This document shows, one piece after another, positions 35,101 through 46,699 of a DNA stretch of 64,000 nt. The notes beneath the pieces are model-generated. The model saw nothing but the letters and a program-made list of their open reading frames with translations, was not told the origin of the DNA and did no database searches. Positions within the stretch are counted from its first letter, which is position 1. Each line of letters opens with the position of its first letter. A program made the position numbers and the translations under genes. The stretch is from Podarcis bocagei (Eukaryota): NCBI GenBank assembly GCA_964188305.1, contig OZ076889.1. One strand, written 5' to 3'.

Positions 35101-38100
35101 GCTTACCTAGTATATTGTACAAAATTGGATCAGTTTAGCAGGTGCATTCAAAGAAAGGACACTTTGTGTACTAGTAGAATAAATTTATTTATATCTCTAA
35201 CCATTTAGAGTGCACATCTTAGCACAGGGAGTATGCCCTATTGAATATAATGGTGCTTATATGTTAAAAGTGCAGTGTAATTGTAAAATAAGTTTCATTT
35301 GCGGTGCTAATGGAGTTTGAATTAATTCTCTTCTATTATTTCCACCAGGATCTAAAAAATGCAATACAACCAGACACAGGATTGGTTTCAGTAATGACTG
35401 TGAATAATGAAATAGGAGTGGTACAGCCAGTTAAGGACATTGGTAAGTTGACAGTTTGGGTGGAATTGATTTTATAAAAGATTGTAAGATGCTTTATGGA
35501 AGAAGTTCCTCAAAAAACTGGTTATGAAATTTGAAATAAATACTAAATGAAACAAACAAACAAACGTCATATCTTGAGCTAAAATGCCAAATACTTATAA
35601 AGCTCGACAATGAAGCACACACTATTGAAGCATAGAATAGCTACATAATTGTGGTGACTTAGAAACAAATCACTGGCTCACAATCAATATCTGACAGCTT
35701 TTCTATGTCTGTCAATAATTTGTGAAGGTCAAAATAGATGTTACATGTGAGATCTGTGACCAGATTTCCAAACCTTTAAAAAAAAGAACTTCAAGGTTGT
35801 TGTTTGTGTCTACTCTTGGAGCAGGACCGTGGAGGATCTCCCCCCTTTTTTTTATTTTGAGCCATTTCACTCCCATCTAAATGCCCACCTCCCAGCAGTT
35901 GAAAGCTAACAGTACAGTGAAACACAGACATCATTTGTATTATATCTGTTCCCATATTTATTTTGTGATGACCTCTGGGTTTTAGCAATACATTTGAATT
36001 GATTGATAAAATCAGTATGTTTGAAATCTTTCAACATTTTCATAAAATATAAATAATATTTCATTCTGAACCATGTTGTTTTTGCATTGTAGGTCAGATC
36101 TGCAGTTCCCATAAAATTTTCTTTCATACAGATGCTGCACAGGCAGTTGGGAAAATTCCTCTAAATGTCAATGATATGAAAATTGATTTAATGAGCATCA
36201 GTGGCCATAAAATCTATGGTCCCAAAGGTATTGATATTTCTTATATTAGATACTATTTCATTTTTAGTAATAAAGGTGGCCAGGTTTATTTGATTTGGTA
36301 GTCAAATAAACATTTGGAGAAATCGCTAACCCTTGTCAAGGCACCATGAAAAACAGAGACCTTAGTACAGGGCTGGAGAACCTGTGGCCTTCCAGATGTT
36401 GCTGGCCTACAACTCTAATCAGCCCTAGCAATTATAGCCAATGATCAAGGATGATGGGACTTGTAGTCCAGAAATATATGGAGGGCCACAGGCTCCCTAT
36501 CCCTGCAATAGTATTTAAGGAGGAGACAAGAATAGCAGAGGAAAGCCTGCAACAGTCTTGCAGGGATGGGCGCTTCATTCAAAATAGCTTTCTTTGAAAT
36601 AAGTACTTCCAGTGTGGTGTAGTGGTTAAGAGCGGTAGACTTGTAATCTGGTGAACCGGGTTCACTTCCCTGCTCCTCCACATGCAGCTGCTGGGTTACC
36701 TTGGGCTAATCACACTTCTTTCAAGTCTCTCAGCCCCACTCACCTCACAGAGTGTTTGTTGTGGGGGAGGAAGGGAAAGGAGAATGTTAGCCACTTTGAG
36801 ACTCCTTCGGGTAGTGATAAAGCGGGATATCAAATCCAAACTCCTCCTCTTCTTCCATATGAGCACTTTGAACACAACTTGCTTCCTAAACACTAGTCTG
36901 CTATCCAAGATGTGGAGACAGCTATATGTTGAACAAGCTACATCTACAAATGGATTAAGCTATGCCTGACCACATACCTTACACTATACAGATCTATATG
37001 CAGCAGCCTCCATGCAAACTACTGAACAGGGCACTAAGGGCACAGTCTATAATAGACTGTGTGTATGGATGTGGCAGTATGCATGACTTTCTGCCAGAAT
37101 ATTAGATTAGGATGCCAGACAGTTATTTTTCATTTTCTGGAGTTAAATAATGACAAAGGAAGATCCTGCTGAAGAACACCTCAAGGATTTTGATAAGTTT
37201 TAGGAGAAGATACTTATTTTATAGAAATTAGCAAATGAGGATTCTTCCATTTAGAAATGTAAATTGAATATCTGAAGATGAGATCCAACAAAATGTGAAT
37301 GGTTCTGTTCATGTAACAGGGCTTCTTCTTCCTCTCTTCCCCCCACTGCAGGTCCCTACAGTGATCCCCCAGAAATCTTCTCCAGAGGGTTGGATACCCT
37401 CTGGAGTAGATTTTTGGGGGTGCATAGGGGGCTGCAAGCTCAAATGAGAAACTGGAAGTTCTGTTGTGCAACCAGATTCCCATTGCACAAGTGGCGGAAC
37501 ATCACTGGATGTTGCCCTGAATGTTTAAAATGCATCTCTTGCGACGAAGAATCTTGATTAAAAGTTCCTGAAGGGTTTTTTCTAAATGTTTCTAAATATG
37601 CTAGGAGACATGCAGTATGGAAAGTCTACCTGTGTACTGAACAGAAGTAACTTCTTGTTTCTAAGGGGTTGGTGCAATTTATGTTCGGCGGCGACCAAGA
37701 GTAAGACTGGAACCTATACAAAGTGGGGGAGGCCAGGAGCGAGGATTACGTTCTGGGACTGTGCCAACTCCTTTAGCAGTTGGTCTTGGAGCAGCTTGCG
37801 AATTGGCACAACAAGAGATGGAGGTATAAAGAGCAGTTCTAGTTGTGTAACTTTTCTTGATCCATTTATTTTACCATGTTCTTTGAAGCCTTGTTGATGG
37901 TTGAAAGTTTGCAACACATTCTTTTAACAATAATGATTAGGGTTTAATATGATGCCCTTCTCTGTACTGTAGAGAACTAATTGTGCTCCATAATTCAGCC
38001 TTTATTTTCCTATAATATGTAAAAGCAGTTATATAAGCAAAGCAAACTTGGCCTTCTTGGCAGAACAATTTTCTGAGATGGTTTTGAGTATTTCTGAGAT

Positions 38101-40309
38101 ATTTTAGTAGTGCTATGTTCATTCATTAAGTAGTTCTCTGTGCCATATTTCTTACAAACTCTAACCTTACAGTTAGAACCTTTCTGGTCTCTGTCTTGCT
38201 GTTGGTAAGAGAGGGCAGGCAGTTTCTAGAACAACTAGTGTTTATTGATTATAATAATTGTACAGAGATTTGCCTCTATTTCAAGGGCATCTCTTTCTTC
38301 TTGAGCATAGAATTTTCAAACAATTATGGAGGCAGTTTCATATAGAATTTTCCTGCTACATATCTCTGAATTTTACAGCAGCAATTGTGGGATAGCAGAG
38401 CAAACTCAGGGGGTGGAATCCAATGTTGTGCAAGCAGACTTCTGTTGACAGAATGAATCTATCCTTTCTTTCCTCCATCCCCCCATGTACCCTGAAAATG
38501 TGGGGCATATTTGGGGGTATTAGAGCATGGAAGGGAGAGGAGAGGTAGGTGAAGTCCCATTGTGCAGGTGGAAGTCTATTCCACTTGCACATAGCCAGCA
38601 TCAGCTTGATAACCGTAACTCTCATATTTAACTTGGGGCTGAATTTTGCTATGGTTATTATTTGTGTGAGAAATTGCTCTGACAAATATTGTGTTATTTT
38701 GCCTTGTCTTTTTGGTTAACTGATTTGATTTGACTGATATAACATTTTTAGTACATCAATCAAGGCGCATCTGCATGTTTGAAGAATAGCTAATAAGTTC
38801 TCTTGTTTCTTTTTCAGTATGACCATAAGCGAATTAGTTTATTAGCTGGCAGATTAGTTACAAACATAATGTCTGAAATTCCTGATGTGGTAATGAATGG
38901 CGATCCAGTTCATCGTTATCCAGGTATTATTAGCAGAATGTTGAGTTCCTCTTTACTACAGAAATTGCCTTTGACCATTTAGGGTTTATTTTTAAAATGA
39001 ATATAGCATTGGAAATTTTAAAACAGATTTAGGTGTTAATCTGGTACAACAATATTGTTTTAGAATTGAAAGCAATCTTGTGCTCATCGGGTACTAGCCC
39101 AGAAACTCAACAAATAGCTTGAATATCGCAAAATTCTCATCCTCTGTTATACAATGTTCTATATATATATATACAGTGATGTATTGCGTGTTTTGTATTT
39201 TTCTTTTTTTCTTTTTATTGACTTGTATTGCTTAATTCCTTGTTTTTCTGATTATATATATATTTTTTCTTTTCTTTTTTTCTTTTCTTTTCTTTTCCTT
39301 CTTTTTCTTCTCCTTCTCCTTTTCTCTTTTTTATTCTCTGTAATTTTAAACTTTCAATAAATATCATTTAAAAAAATAAATAAATTACTGCATAAATTAA
39401 CCCCAATGAGTTGCAGATTATGCACAAGCTTTTCTTACTGTTTTACATCTTAGTTCTGAGTTGTATGTTTTAGGTAGAGCACTAGGATAAATTACTGTAT
39501 TAAAGACTGAATGAAGAATTTTGTAATGGTCCAAAGAGCTGCTCACTATTTTCTTCCACTGCATTAGCCAGTTTTAGGTTGTTTATAAATAAAAATTATG
39601 GCTCTGCCAACAACGCAGTTGTTCTGCGTGCATTTCTGGAATTAGCATTTAGCTCTCTAGTTATCAGAGCTGTGGTGACATTCACATTTCAAAGGAAATG
39701 AAAAAGAAACATTCCATTAAGGGAAAATAGACTCAGATTATTTAAGAGCAGGGTCTTGAGTTCAAACCCCATGTTGGGCTAAAAATTCCTGCATTGCAGG
39801 GGGTTGGACTACATGACCCTCATAATCCCTTCGAATTCTATCATTCTATGATTCTGCAAAAACCCTGTTGTCTAAAGTGCAATCTTAAAAGAAGCTGACA
39901 CTGCTTTGTTAACTTTGCAGGCTGCATTAACTTATCCTTTGCATATGTGGAAGGAGAAAGCCTGCTGATGGCGCTTAAAGATGTGGCTCTGTCTTCTGGA
40001 AGGTAATATTGTTGGTGTAAATTGGAAAGAATGGGTGAAATTGCACTAAGCACTTGGACCGTGTCTTGAGCCAACATGGTGTGGTGGTTAAGAGCAGTGG
40101 ACTCGTAATCTGGTGAACCGGGTTCAATTCCCCACTCCTCCACATGCAGCTGCTGGGTGACCTTGGGCCAGTCACACTTCTCTGAAGTCTCTCAGCCTCA
40201 CTCACCTCACAGAGTGTTTGTTGTGGGGGAGGAAGGGAAAGGAGAATGTTAGCCGCTTTGAGACTCCTTAAGGGGAGTGAAAGGCGGGATATCAAGTCCA
40301 AACACCACC

Positions 40310-40340
<31 letters not shown>

Positions 40341-42920
40341 CTTCTTCTTCTTCTTCTTCTTCTTCTTGAGGAGTCCATCCCTCCTCTCTGGATTCTGTTT
40401 AGAGAAAGACTCAGCTACATGGGGTGGTTAGAAACAGTTGAAGACTAAATACTTAAAACATGACTCATTCATCCTCCCTTTTTCTAAGTAATGTGTGTAC
40501 ATGCAGAGGCAGGTATAAACCCAAGGTTGAATTCAGCAGCATTGGCATCGGTGTGAGGTATTTGCCAAGTGTGAGGTTTTATCATCTTGGTGGATGTTAC
40601 ATGCTATATGGTTCCATATAGTATGGTGAGCTAGCATGGTAAAAGACAAGTGATCACTACAAGGTTTGTTTCTGGGACTAGAGAACTCTATTATAGTAGA
40701 TTAGTTTATGATGTACCAGCATCTCTTAAAGTTAATGTAGATAGTGTATTTATGCTTGTCTTGTGCCATGAGACAATAGACACTACATACTTTGAACTGA
40801 ACTGAATGGAATAGGGGAACTGTGAAAAAAGGCTGACTACTAAAAAGCAGGAAAACTCTGATGTTGTGCTAGCAGACTCTGTTGGAGCTGTGCATACTCT
40901 GCTGATGACACTGGTCAAAGTGTGTTGTAGTATCAACAACAGATGGTGGACCCAGGTATAACATGTTATGGGCCAACTGACTTCTATAAGTCTTACATAT
41001 GTGAGAGAGAAGAGAGAGCCTGGAATATGGTCTAAGGACACATTATGCGGTCTATTGTTAAAGCTATGCAAGTCTTAGTCTGGTCAGTGTGCAGATGAGA
41101 GATTGCCTGGAACTCCCATGCCAGATATTTAAAGGAGAGCAGAATAAAAGTGGCCTTTTTCCACTTCAAGTCACTAGAATTGATGATCTAGAACAAATCT
41201 ATGAGCCATCTAATCCAGAATCTTTCTTTATTCTGACCAGGGCTGTTTTACTTCCATTTATAAGGAGTGTCCTATTAGCATTTCTGACTCCTTTCAGATA
41301 TTTCTGATTCCTTTTAAAATTCAATTGGCAAATGTCAAATTACATAATTTAACCAAGCTTTATTAGTTATAACTGGATCTACTAGATGGTTAATTCCTGC
41401 TGCTAATATCTTTTTGCCCTTTCCTTCCAGTACTTTAGTCCCCCTAAGTTATAAGAACAACTTTGGGCATTCTTATTTTCCTGATCACATAACACACTTT
41501 TTAATATATTACCCACCCTGTCTGATCTTTCCCCCTACCTCACACTTCTTTTTCTAACATCAATCTGTTGCTGTACTCTGCCTTATTTTCTGCTTCTGCA
41601 GTTGAAATGCCTTACCTTCTATTAATTATGCAATTACACACCCTTCTCTTGCATAATTAGTCTTCTTGGTTTGTTTCTGTAGTCAGTAAATCTTTAGGGG
41701 GCAGCAATAGAGTTATAATAAGAGCATACTACTCTAGAGCTGTCTGCTATTTTGATTTCTATACCAGTTCTGTGTAAGGACAAAATGCCAACATATTGTT
41801 TTTTCTCATTAGTGCTTGCACATCTGCATCTCTGGAACCATCATATGTGTTGCGTGCAATTGGAACTGATGAAGACTTGGCTCACTCATCCATAAGGCAA
41901 GGCTTATAGTTCTAAATTAAGCATAGGCAAACTCGGCCCTCCAGATGTTTTGGGACTACAACTCCCATCACCCCTGACCACTGGCCCTGTTAGCTAGGGA
42001 TGATGGGAGTTGTAGTCCCAAAACATCTGGAGGGCCGAGTTTGCCTATGCCTGTTCTAGATAGTCACATTCAATTATATTACATCCATCAAGAGAAGAAT
42101 CCCTTTTTATCTTTTTATGTGTCCTATGTTGGATCTGATAAGCTCTTTCCTTCATTTCAGGTTTGGCATTGGCCGTTTCACTACTGAAGAAGAGGTAGAT
42201 TATACTGTAAAAAAATGCATACAGCATGTGAAGAGATTAAGGGAGATGAGGTAAAAAAAATATATCTGAATATTAGACATTAAGCATCACAGGATTTCTT
42301 TAAAAGTCTGTCTGTAGTAAGGAAATACTGCCAGAAGTCACGGAATCTCAGTGGTTAGAGCAGATCAAGATAGGGGAAGGAATATACTATTTGTTATCTC
42401 TGAAGCTGTGGTCCAACCAGATATTTACAGCAAACTGGCACAATCCTTATAAAGCCCAAATATGCATGCAGTCCCATTATTTAAGTCACAGAATCAGGTG
42501 GGTCCTAATATATATATTTCTCAGGTGTCAAAGGCCAGGGTAAATATGCATTTAGAAGGGCGGAAATTCATAAATAAATCTCTTTATTTCCATTACTAGT
42601 GTCTCAATATAATACCCATCGTGGGTTGAGGCATTCAACCTTGGTGAAATTTTGCCATAACAAAACATCTTAATTGGGTATTTCGGAAGATAGGAGGCAT
42701 TCTTAGACATAATTTCTTTATGTAGTTAGAAAGTGTTCTTTGCAAAACTTCATTTAAAATAATATTTTGTTCTTATTAATTATTTCCTGAAAGTTCTATT
42801 GATGTCAAATTATTTGTATTTCTGACTGTCATTGAGTTTTCCTTCTCATTTTACAGCCCACTGTGGGAAATGGTACAGGATGGAGTTGATTTGAAGAGCA
42901 TTAAATGGACACAACATTAA
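29100..42920 (+). CDS. NFS1: Cysteine desulfurase, mitochondrial; complete CDS, 13 exons, 441 aa
   Basis: Exons 29100-29190, 30624-30691, 31230-31346, 33412-33495, 34764-34916, 35349-35442, 36093-36227, 37666-37823, 38818-38923, 39921-40002, 41813-41896, 42161-42250, 42857-42920 sum to 1326 nt in one frame; motifs [31 protein letters not shown] (PLP lysine), RRRPRVR, SSGSACTS (catalytic Cys), C-terminus SIKWTQH*. Confidence 0.97.
30624..30691 (+). CDS. NFS1: NFS1 exon 2
   Basis: cctag|GC ATA ... CCT ATG|gtttgt; [22 protein letters not shown]. Confidence 0.9.
31230..31346 (+). CDS. NFS1: NFS1 exon 3
   Basis: [39 protein letters not shown]; AG/GT. Confidence 0.96.
32040..33030 (-). mobile_element. 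Degraded L2-clade LINE RT fragment
   Basis: Minus strand QYADDT at 32501-32519 and [15 protein letters not shown], typical of L2 reverse transcriptase. Confidence 0.8.
33105..33315. mobile_element. Penelope-like element terminal fragment arranged as a 90-bp inverted repeat with hammerhead motifs
   Basis: GGTAGCCGTGTTGGTCTG...AGCACCTTAAAGACCAACT...; arms 33132-33221 and 33226-33315, 1 mismatch; CTGAAGA-A-GTGTGCATGCACAC-GAAAGCTC. Confidence 0.8.
33412..33495 (+). CDS. NFS1: NFS1 exon 4
   Basis: [28 protein letters not shown]; AG/GT. Confidence 0.96.
33940..34635. repeat. Cluster of short palindromic repeats of the CAATCCTATGCA..TACTC..AAGTAAGTCCCATTGA..TCAATGGGACTTAC family
   Basis: Copies near 33945-34015, 34045-34105, 34478-34550, 34560-34638; also at about 30757-30838 and 59697-59780. 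Confidence 0.6.
34764..34916 (+). CDS. NFS1: NFS1 exon 5
   Basis: [28 protein letters not shown]...GIIDLK; AAG acceptor, GT donor. Confidence 0.95.
35349..35442 (+). CDS. NFS1: NFS1 exon 6
   Basis: [31 protein letters not shown]; AG/GT. Confidence 0.95.
36093..36227 (+). CDS. NFS1: NFS1 exon 7 (PLP-binding Lys)
   Basis: [22 protein letters not shown]...[12 protein letters not shown]; AG/GT. Confidence 0.96.
36368..36505. mobile_element. Palindromic hAT MITE
   Basis: CAGGGCTGGAGAACCTGTGGCCTTCCAGATG ... TGGAGGGCCACAGGCTCCCTATCCCTG. Confidence 0.75.
36609..36856 (+). mobile_element. tRNA-derived SINE, Squam3-like
   Basis: A box TGGTGTAGTGG, B-box-like GGTTCACTTCC, CT-rich tail; highly similar to 40071-40367. 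Confidence 0.8.
37666..37823 (+). CDS. NFS1: NFS1 exon 8
   Basis: [36 protein letters not shown]...QQEME; AAG acceptor, GT donor. Confidence 0.95.
38818..38923 (+). CDS. NFS1: NFS1 exon 9
   Basis: [35 protein letters not shown]; AG/GT. Confidence 0.95.
39745..39855 (+). mobile_element. Short element with tRNA-like B box and CR1-type tail
   Basis: GAGTTCAAACCCC followed by CCTGCATTGCAGGGGGTTGGACTA...ATTCTATGATTCT. Confidence 0.55.
39921..40002 (+). CDS. NFS1: NFS1 exon 10
   Basis: [26 protein letters not shown]; AG/GT. Confidence 0.96.
40071..40367 (+). mobile_element. tRNA-derived SINE, Squam3-like, with long (CTT)n tail
   Basis: TGGTGTGGTGG A box, GGTTCAATTCC B box, (CTT)19 at 40311-40367, flanking TCTTGAG repeat. 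Confidence 0.82.
41813..41896 (+). CDS. NFS1: NFS1 exon 11 (catalytic Cys loop), GC donor
   Basis: [27 protein letters not shown]; ends ATA AG|gcaagg. Confidence 0.93.
41918..42053. mobile_element. Young palindromic hAT MITE
   Basis: Perfect 50-bp arms 41921-41970 and 42001-42050; 8-bp TSD TTCTAAAT / TTCTAGAT. Confidence 0.88.
42161..42250 (+). CDS. NFS1: NFS1 exon 12
   Basis: [29 protein letters not shown]; AG/GT. Confidence 0.96.
42857..42920 (+). CDS. NFS1: NFS1 exon 13 (last coding)
   Basis: tacag|C CCA CTG TGG ... CAA CAT TAA; [20 protein letters not shown]. Confidence 0.96.
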
Positions 42921-45185
42921 GCAAGCAAATCACTTGTTATCTTGGACTGCTTGGATATAGATTAAAGTAATATTTTCTCTACATTCCTGAGTAAAACCAT
43001 GTTGTGCTTGTTTTAAAAATACAAAATCTTTGGGTAATCAGTTACGCTTTCTAAATCTAGAGCCTGAAAACTAAATCTAAGGCGATGTTTGTTCAGGTAA
43101 ACAATTGTGCTTACAAATCATCAAATACAAATGGACATTAGTTTCCTGGAACCAAAGAAGTTGCAGTACTTTTATTTTGGAGGTAACATTGGTGCAGCTT
43201 GATATGCCAAATCTTCAGCTGTCTTATTGTAAAAGTAATTAAAAAGTAGCTTGTTTCTACTGTAGGTTCTCCCTAGAATAATTTGCATTTGTTTCAGCAA
43301 CATCTGTCTTATTGCAAAACTTGTGTTCAAACAGATAGTATGGTCAGAAGTAATCCTCTTACAGAAGGCAGTTTTCCATCTAAAAAGCCCATGTTTTATA
43401 TTTGAGCAGTGGCATTTGCTACATAGCAATGAATTCAACTGTGCCTGAGGTTTACTAGCTCCCAAATGCAGATCACATTCACTTTTTCACAAATTCACCT
43501 TTTCCTTACCTTTACCCTTGATTTGTTATCACAATTTTTTTCTCCTGCTTTCCAGAATAATTTTTTCTGAGCTATTTATTGATTTATTTCTGAGTGATGA
43601 TGGAAGATTTCAATGTAATATTTTTCCTGTAGAGCAACATATTTTGGTTTTTGCTGATAAGAAGCTATGGTCTTGAGAATGAGATTGTGTCTGTCTAGAA
43701 ATATCCCAGTTATAGAAATATCCCAGGTTGATCATCACTTAAAAAAATAAAACAATGTCATTGCCTTTCACTTCAGGGTGCCTGACAGTGCTAGATTAAG
43801 TTAAACTGGTGAGGCTAGTATTTTTGGTACTCAGAAATGTGTGCCCTCATTTGTATCGGATTATTATTATTTTTTACTGGTATTACTTTTTCTAGTAGAA
43901 AGAAAAAATCTATTTAAGGGAAGTTTTTGGGTTTTTTACTGCTTTCTCAAATAAATGCAGGAAGGAAATTTAACTGTCTATAATAAATGAACGCTTGTGT
44001 TACGCAGCTTTGTGTGCACACCATTTTGAAGGAAATGGCTGCTGACCCCAGGCAGTGGACTGTTAGCACGCAATCAACCAAGTATCCTATCACTTGCCTT
44101 AACTACAAGTCCTATACAGGTACACACAACGCATATACTCCCATTGAAATTGTATCAGCTTCCTTTAGATAATGTTTATAGTAAACCTGTTCTGGCAAAA
44201 CTGCTTCATGTAGGAGAGTTCTTAATTTGCAAAATCGTTACAGAAGTTTTCAAAAGCATGGTTTAAAATTGAAGAAGCATTGATACTGCAATGATGACAG
44301 TTTTATTACCATATCACAAAATTCAATTTAATTTTGTGGGCAAGCCATTAATTCCCCGCCCGCCCCCCAGGTAATTAAAAAAACCAAACAGCTTTGGAAC
44401 ACTTCTTACACTGTACACTGTTTCTTACACTGTACACATAGACTTTTTCAGACATTTATTTTTGTTGTTTTAGAGGAATTCTGTGCAATATAAGTACAGT
44501 GAAAGAGAAAGGACATATTACAGGCAGACAGAGAAAAGATAATGTGTTAAAAACAAAATACTGAGTTAAAATTGGCACAAAAATGCTTTTCTATGTTTAA
44601 CTTAGTAATGTGGCACTCTTCTATTAATAAAGAGATAAAAGCAGCTTTTACTTGTTTGAGTTGTGAATTCTTGTTCATTGGGATGTAAAATATATACACT
44701 GATTTACTGAGCAAGTAGTTCTCATAAGCATATATGAGATGATAGGAATTTTTGTCTGAATGTGCATCACTTTGCACTTGCGTATATTGCAATATATTTG
44801 CTATTGTGCAGAGTTTGGAGAGATCCTTTTTGAAGATCCTCTCAATTTGTTCTTGCCACTTTGAATAATGTGGTAATGTATTATCAGCAAACATGGCCTC
44901 CTCACTGCTCACCCCTAATTCCAGGACATTCATGAACAGGCATCTATCTAGTTCCATGATTTCAGAAATTAACCATCAACAAATAAAAATATTGCTGACT
45001 TTGAGATTTGAGGGTGCTCTTCAACAGTTTTAGATAATTGGACAGAAGAGAAAGGTGGATCATTGAGGTCCAACATAATTACAACAATAATATATACAAT
45101 GCACTCGTATACTGTAGCCTGGAAGTTGTAAAAATATGAATGAAATCTAGCAGACCTGCATTTTTTAAAAAAGTTGTGTAGTCCT

Positions 45186-45990
45186 ATTAAGATTGCCGGA
45201 AGAAATATTGACAACCTCAGATATGCAGATGACACAACTTTGATGGCAGAAAGTGAGGAGGAATTAAAGAACCTTGTAATGAGGGTGAAAGAGGAGAGGG
45301 AAAAATATGGTCTGAAGCTCAACATCAAAAAAACGAAGATCATGGCCACTGGGCCCATCACCTCCTGGCAAATAGAAGGGGAAGAAATGGAGGCAGTGAG
45401 AGATTTTACCTTCTTGGGCTCCATGATCAGTGCAGATGGTGACAGCAGTCACGAAATTAAAAGACGCCTGCTCCTTGGGAGAAAAGCAATGAGAAACCTA
45501 GACAGCATCTTAAAAAGCAGAGGCATTACCTTGCTGACAAAGATCTATATAGTGAAAGCTATGGTTTTCCCAGTAGTGATGTATGGAAGTGAGAGCTGGA
45601 CCACAAAGAAGGCTGATCACTGAAGAATTGATGCTTTTGAATTGTGCTGGAGGAGACTCTTGAGAGTCCCATGGACTGCAAGAAGATCAAACCTCTCAAT
45701 TCTTAAGGAAATCAGCCCTGAGTGCTCACTGGAAGGACAGATTGTGAAGTTGAGGCTCCAATACTTTGGCCACCTCATGAGAAGACTCTGGAAAAAACTC
45801 TGATGTTGGGTAAGATTGAGGGCACAAGGAGAAGGGGACGGCAGAGGACGAGATGGTTGGACAGTGTTATAGAAGCTACAAACATGAATTTGACGAAACT
45901 GCGGGAGGCAGTGGAAGACAGGAGTGCCTGGCGTGCTCTGGTCCATGGGGTCACGAAGAGTCGGACATGACTAATCAACTAAACAGCAAC
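45186..45990 (+). mobile_element. 5'-truncated RTE-BovB LINE (RT C-terminal part and 3' end)
   Basis: IKIAGRNIDNLRYADDTTLMAESEEELK...LKLNIKKTKIM...LMLGKIEGTRRRGRQRTRWLD; 3' end GTCCATGGGGTCACGAAGAGTCGGAC with CAA-type tail; TSD AGTCCTATYAAGA; internal stop and frameshifts. Confidence 0.93.
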
Positions 45991-46699
45991 AGTCCTATCA
46001 AGAGGTACCTAGTGGAAAACACTGCTGCCCATTGCTACTACTAATATGAACGTTGAACAGAGATATATTGAAAAACAGCAAGCGACCCACCCAGGCAACC
46101 TGGAAATGTTGCACTCATCAGTTAAATATAGTTTATAACTATATAGCTTATAACTATATTTTAGTTAAACATACAAAGAAAATAATTGTTCCATAATCCA
46201 CCACAGTTCTTCTTAGAAAAAGAAAAGGTAACTCAACTCTCCCCTTAAGGCAACACAGATAAAGTGATTTACAGGAGATAACACGGGGGAAAGGACTACC
46301 TTGGTAAACAGAAATATCGGGTTAGCAGAAACATATGACCCAGCTGCTCTTCCGAGACTATCTTCTACCACGAGCAGAAGAAGATAAACAGAAGCAGGAA
46401 GAGAAATGACTTGACATTAGCACCTTCCTTGCAGCTATAAGTGAATGGGGCTGCGATTCTGAACACCATAGTAAGTAACCTCTGTGAACTCAGCGGAACT
46501 TACTGCCGAATAAGCATGCACGGGACTGCTTTTTCTCTGTTTTTATGTTGTATATATTTGGGTTTGATCATATGGAAACGTGACAGAAGTACTGGCACCT
46601 ATTGCACAGTATTTCATGGCAGGTCGGTCCTAATGTTTACAAAACTTTCCCCACCCCCTTTCGGCTACTGCTGATAACGTTCCTGTTGTCTTTGGCGGA

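Noticed and set aside
36609-36690. tRNA gene-like A and B boxes (also 40071-40140 and 8790-8870)
   Set aside because: They are SINE heads continuing into SINE bodies and tails.
44403-44437. Direct repeat TTCTTACACTGTACAC x2
   Set aside because: Ordinary slippage duplication.
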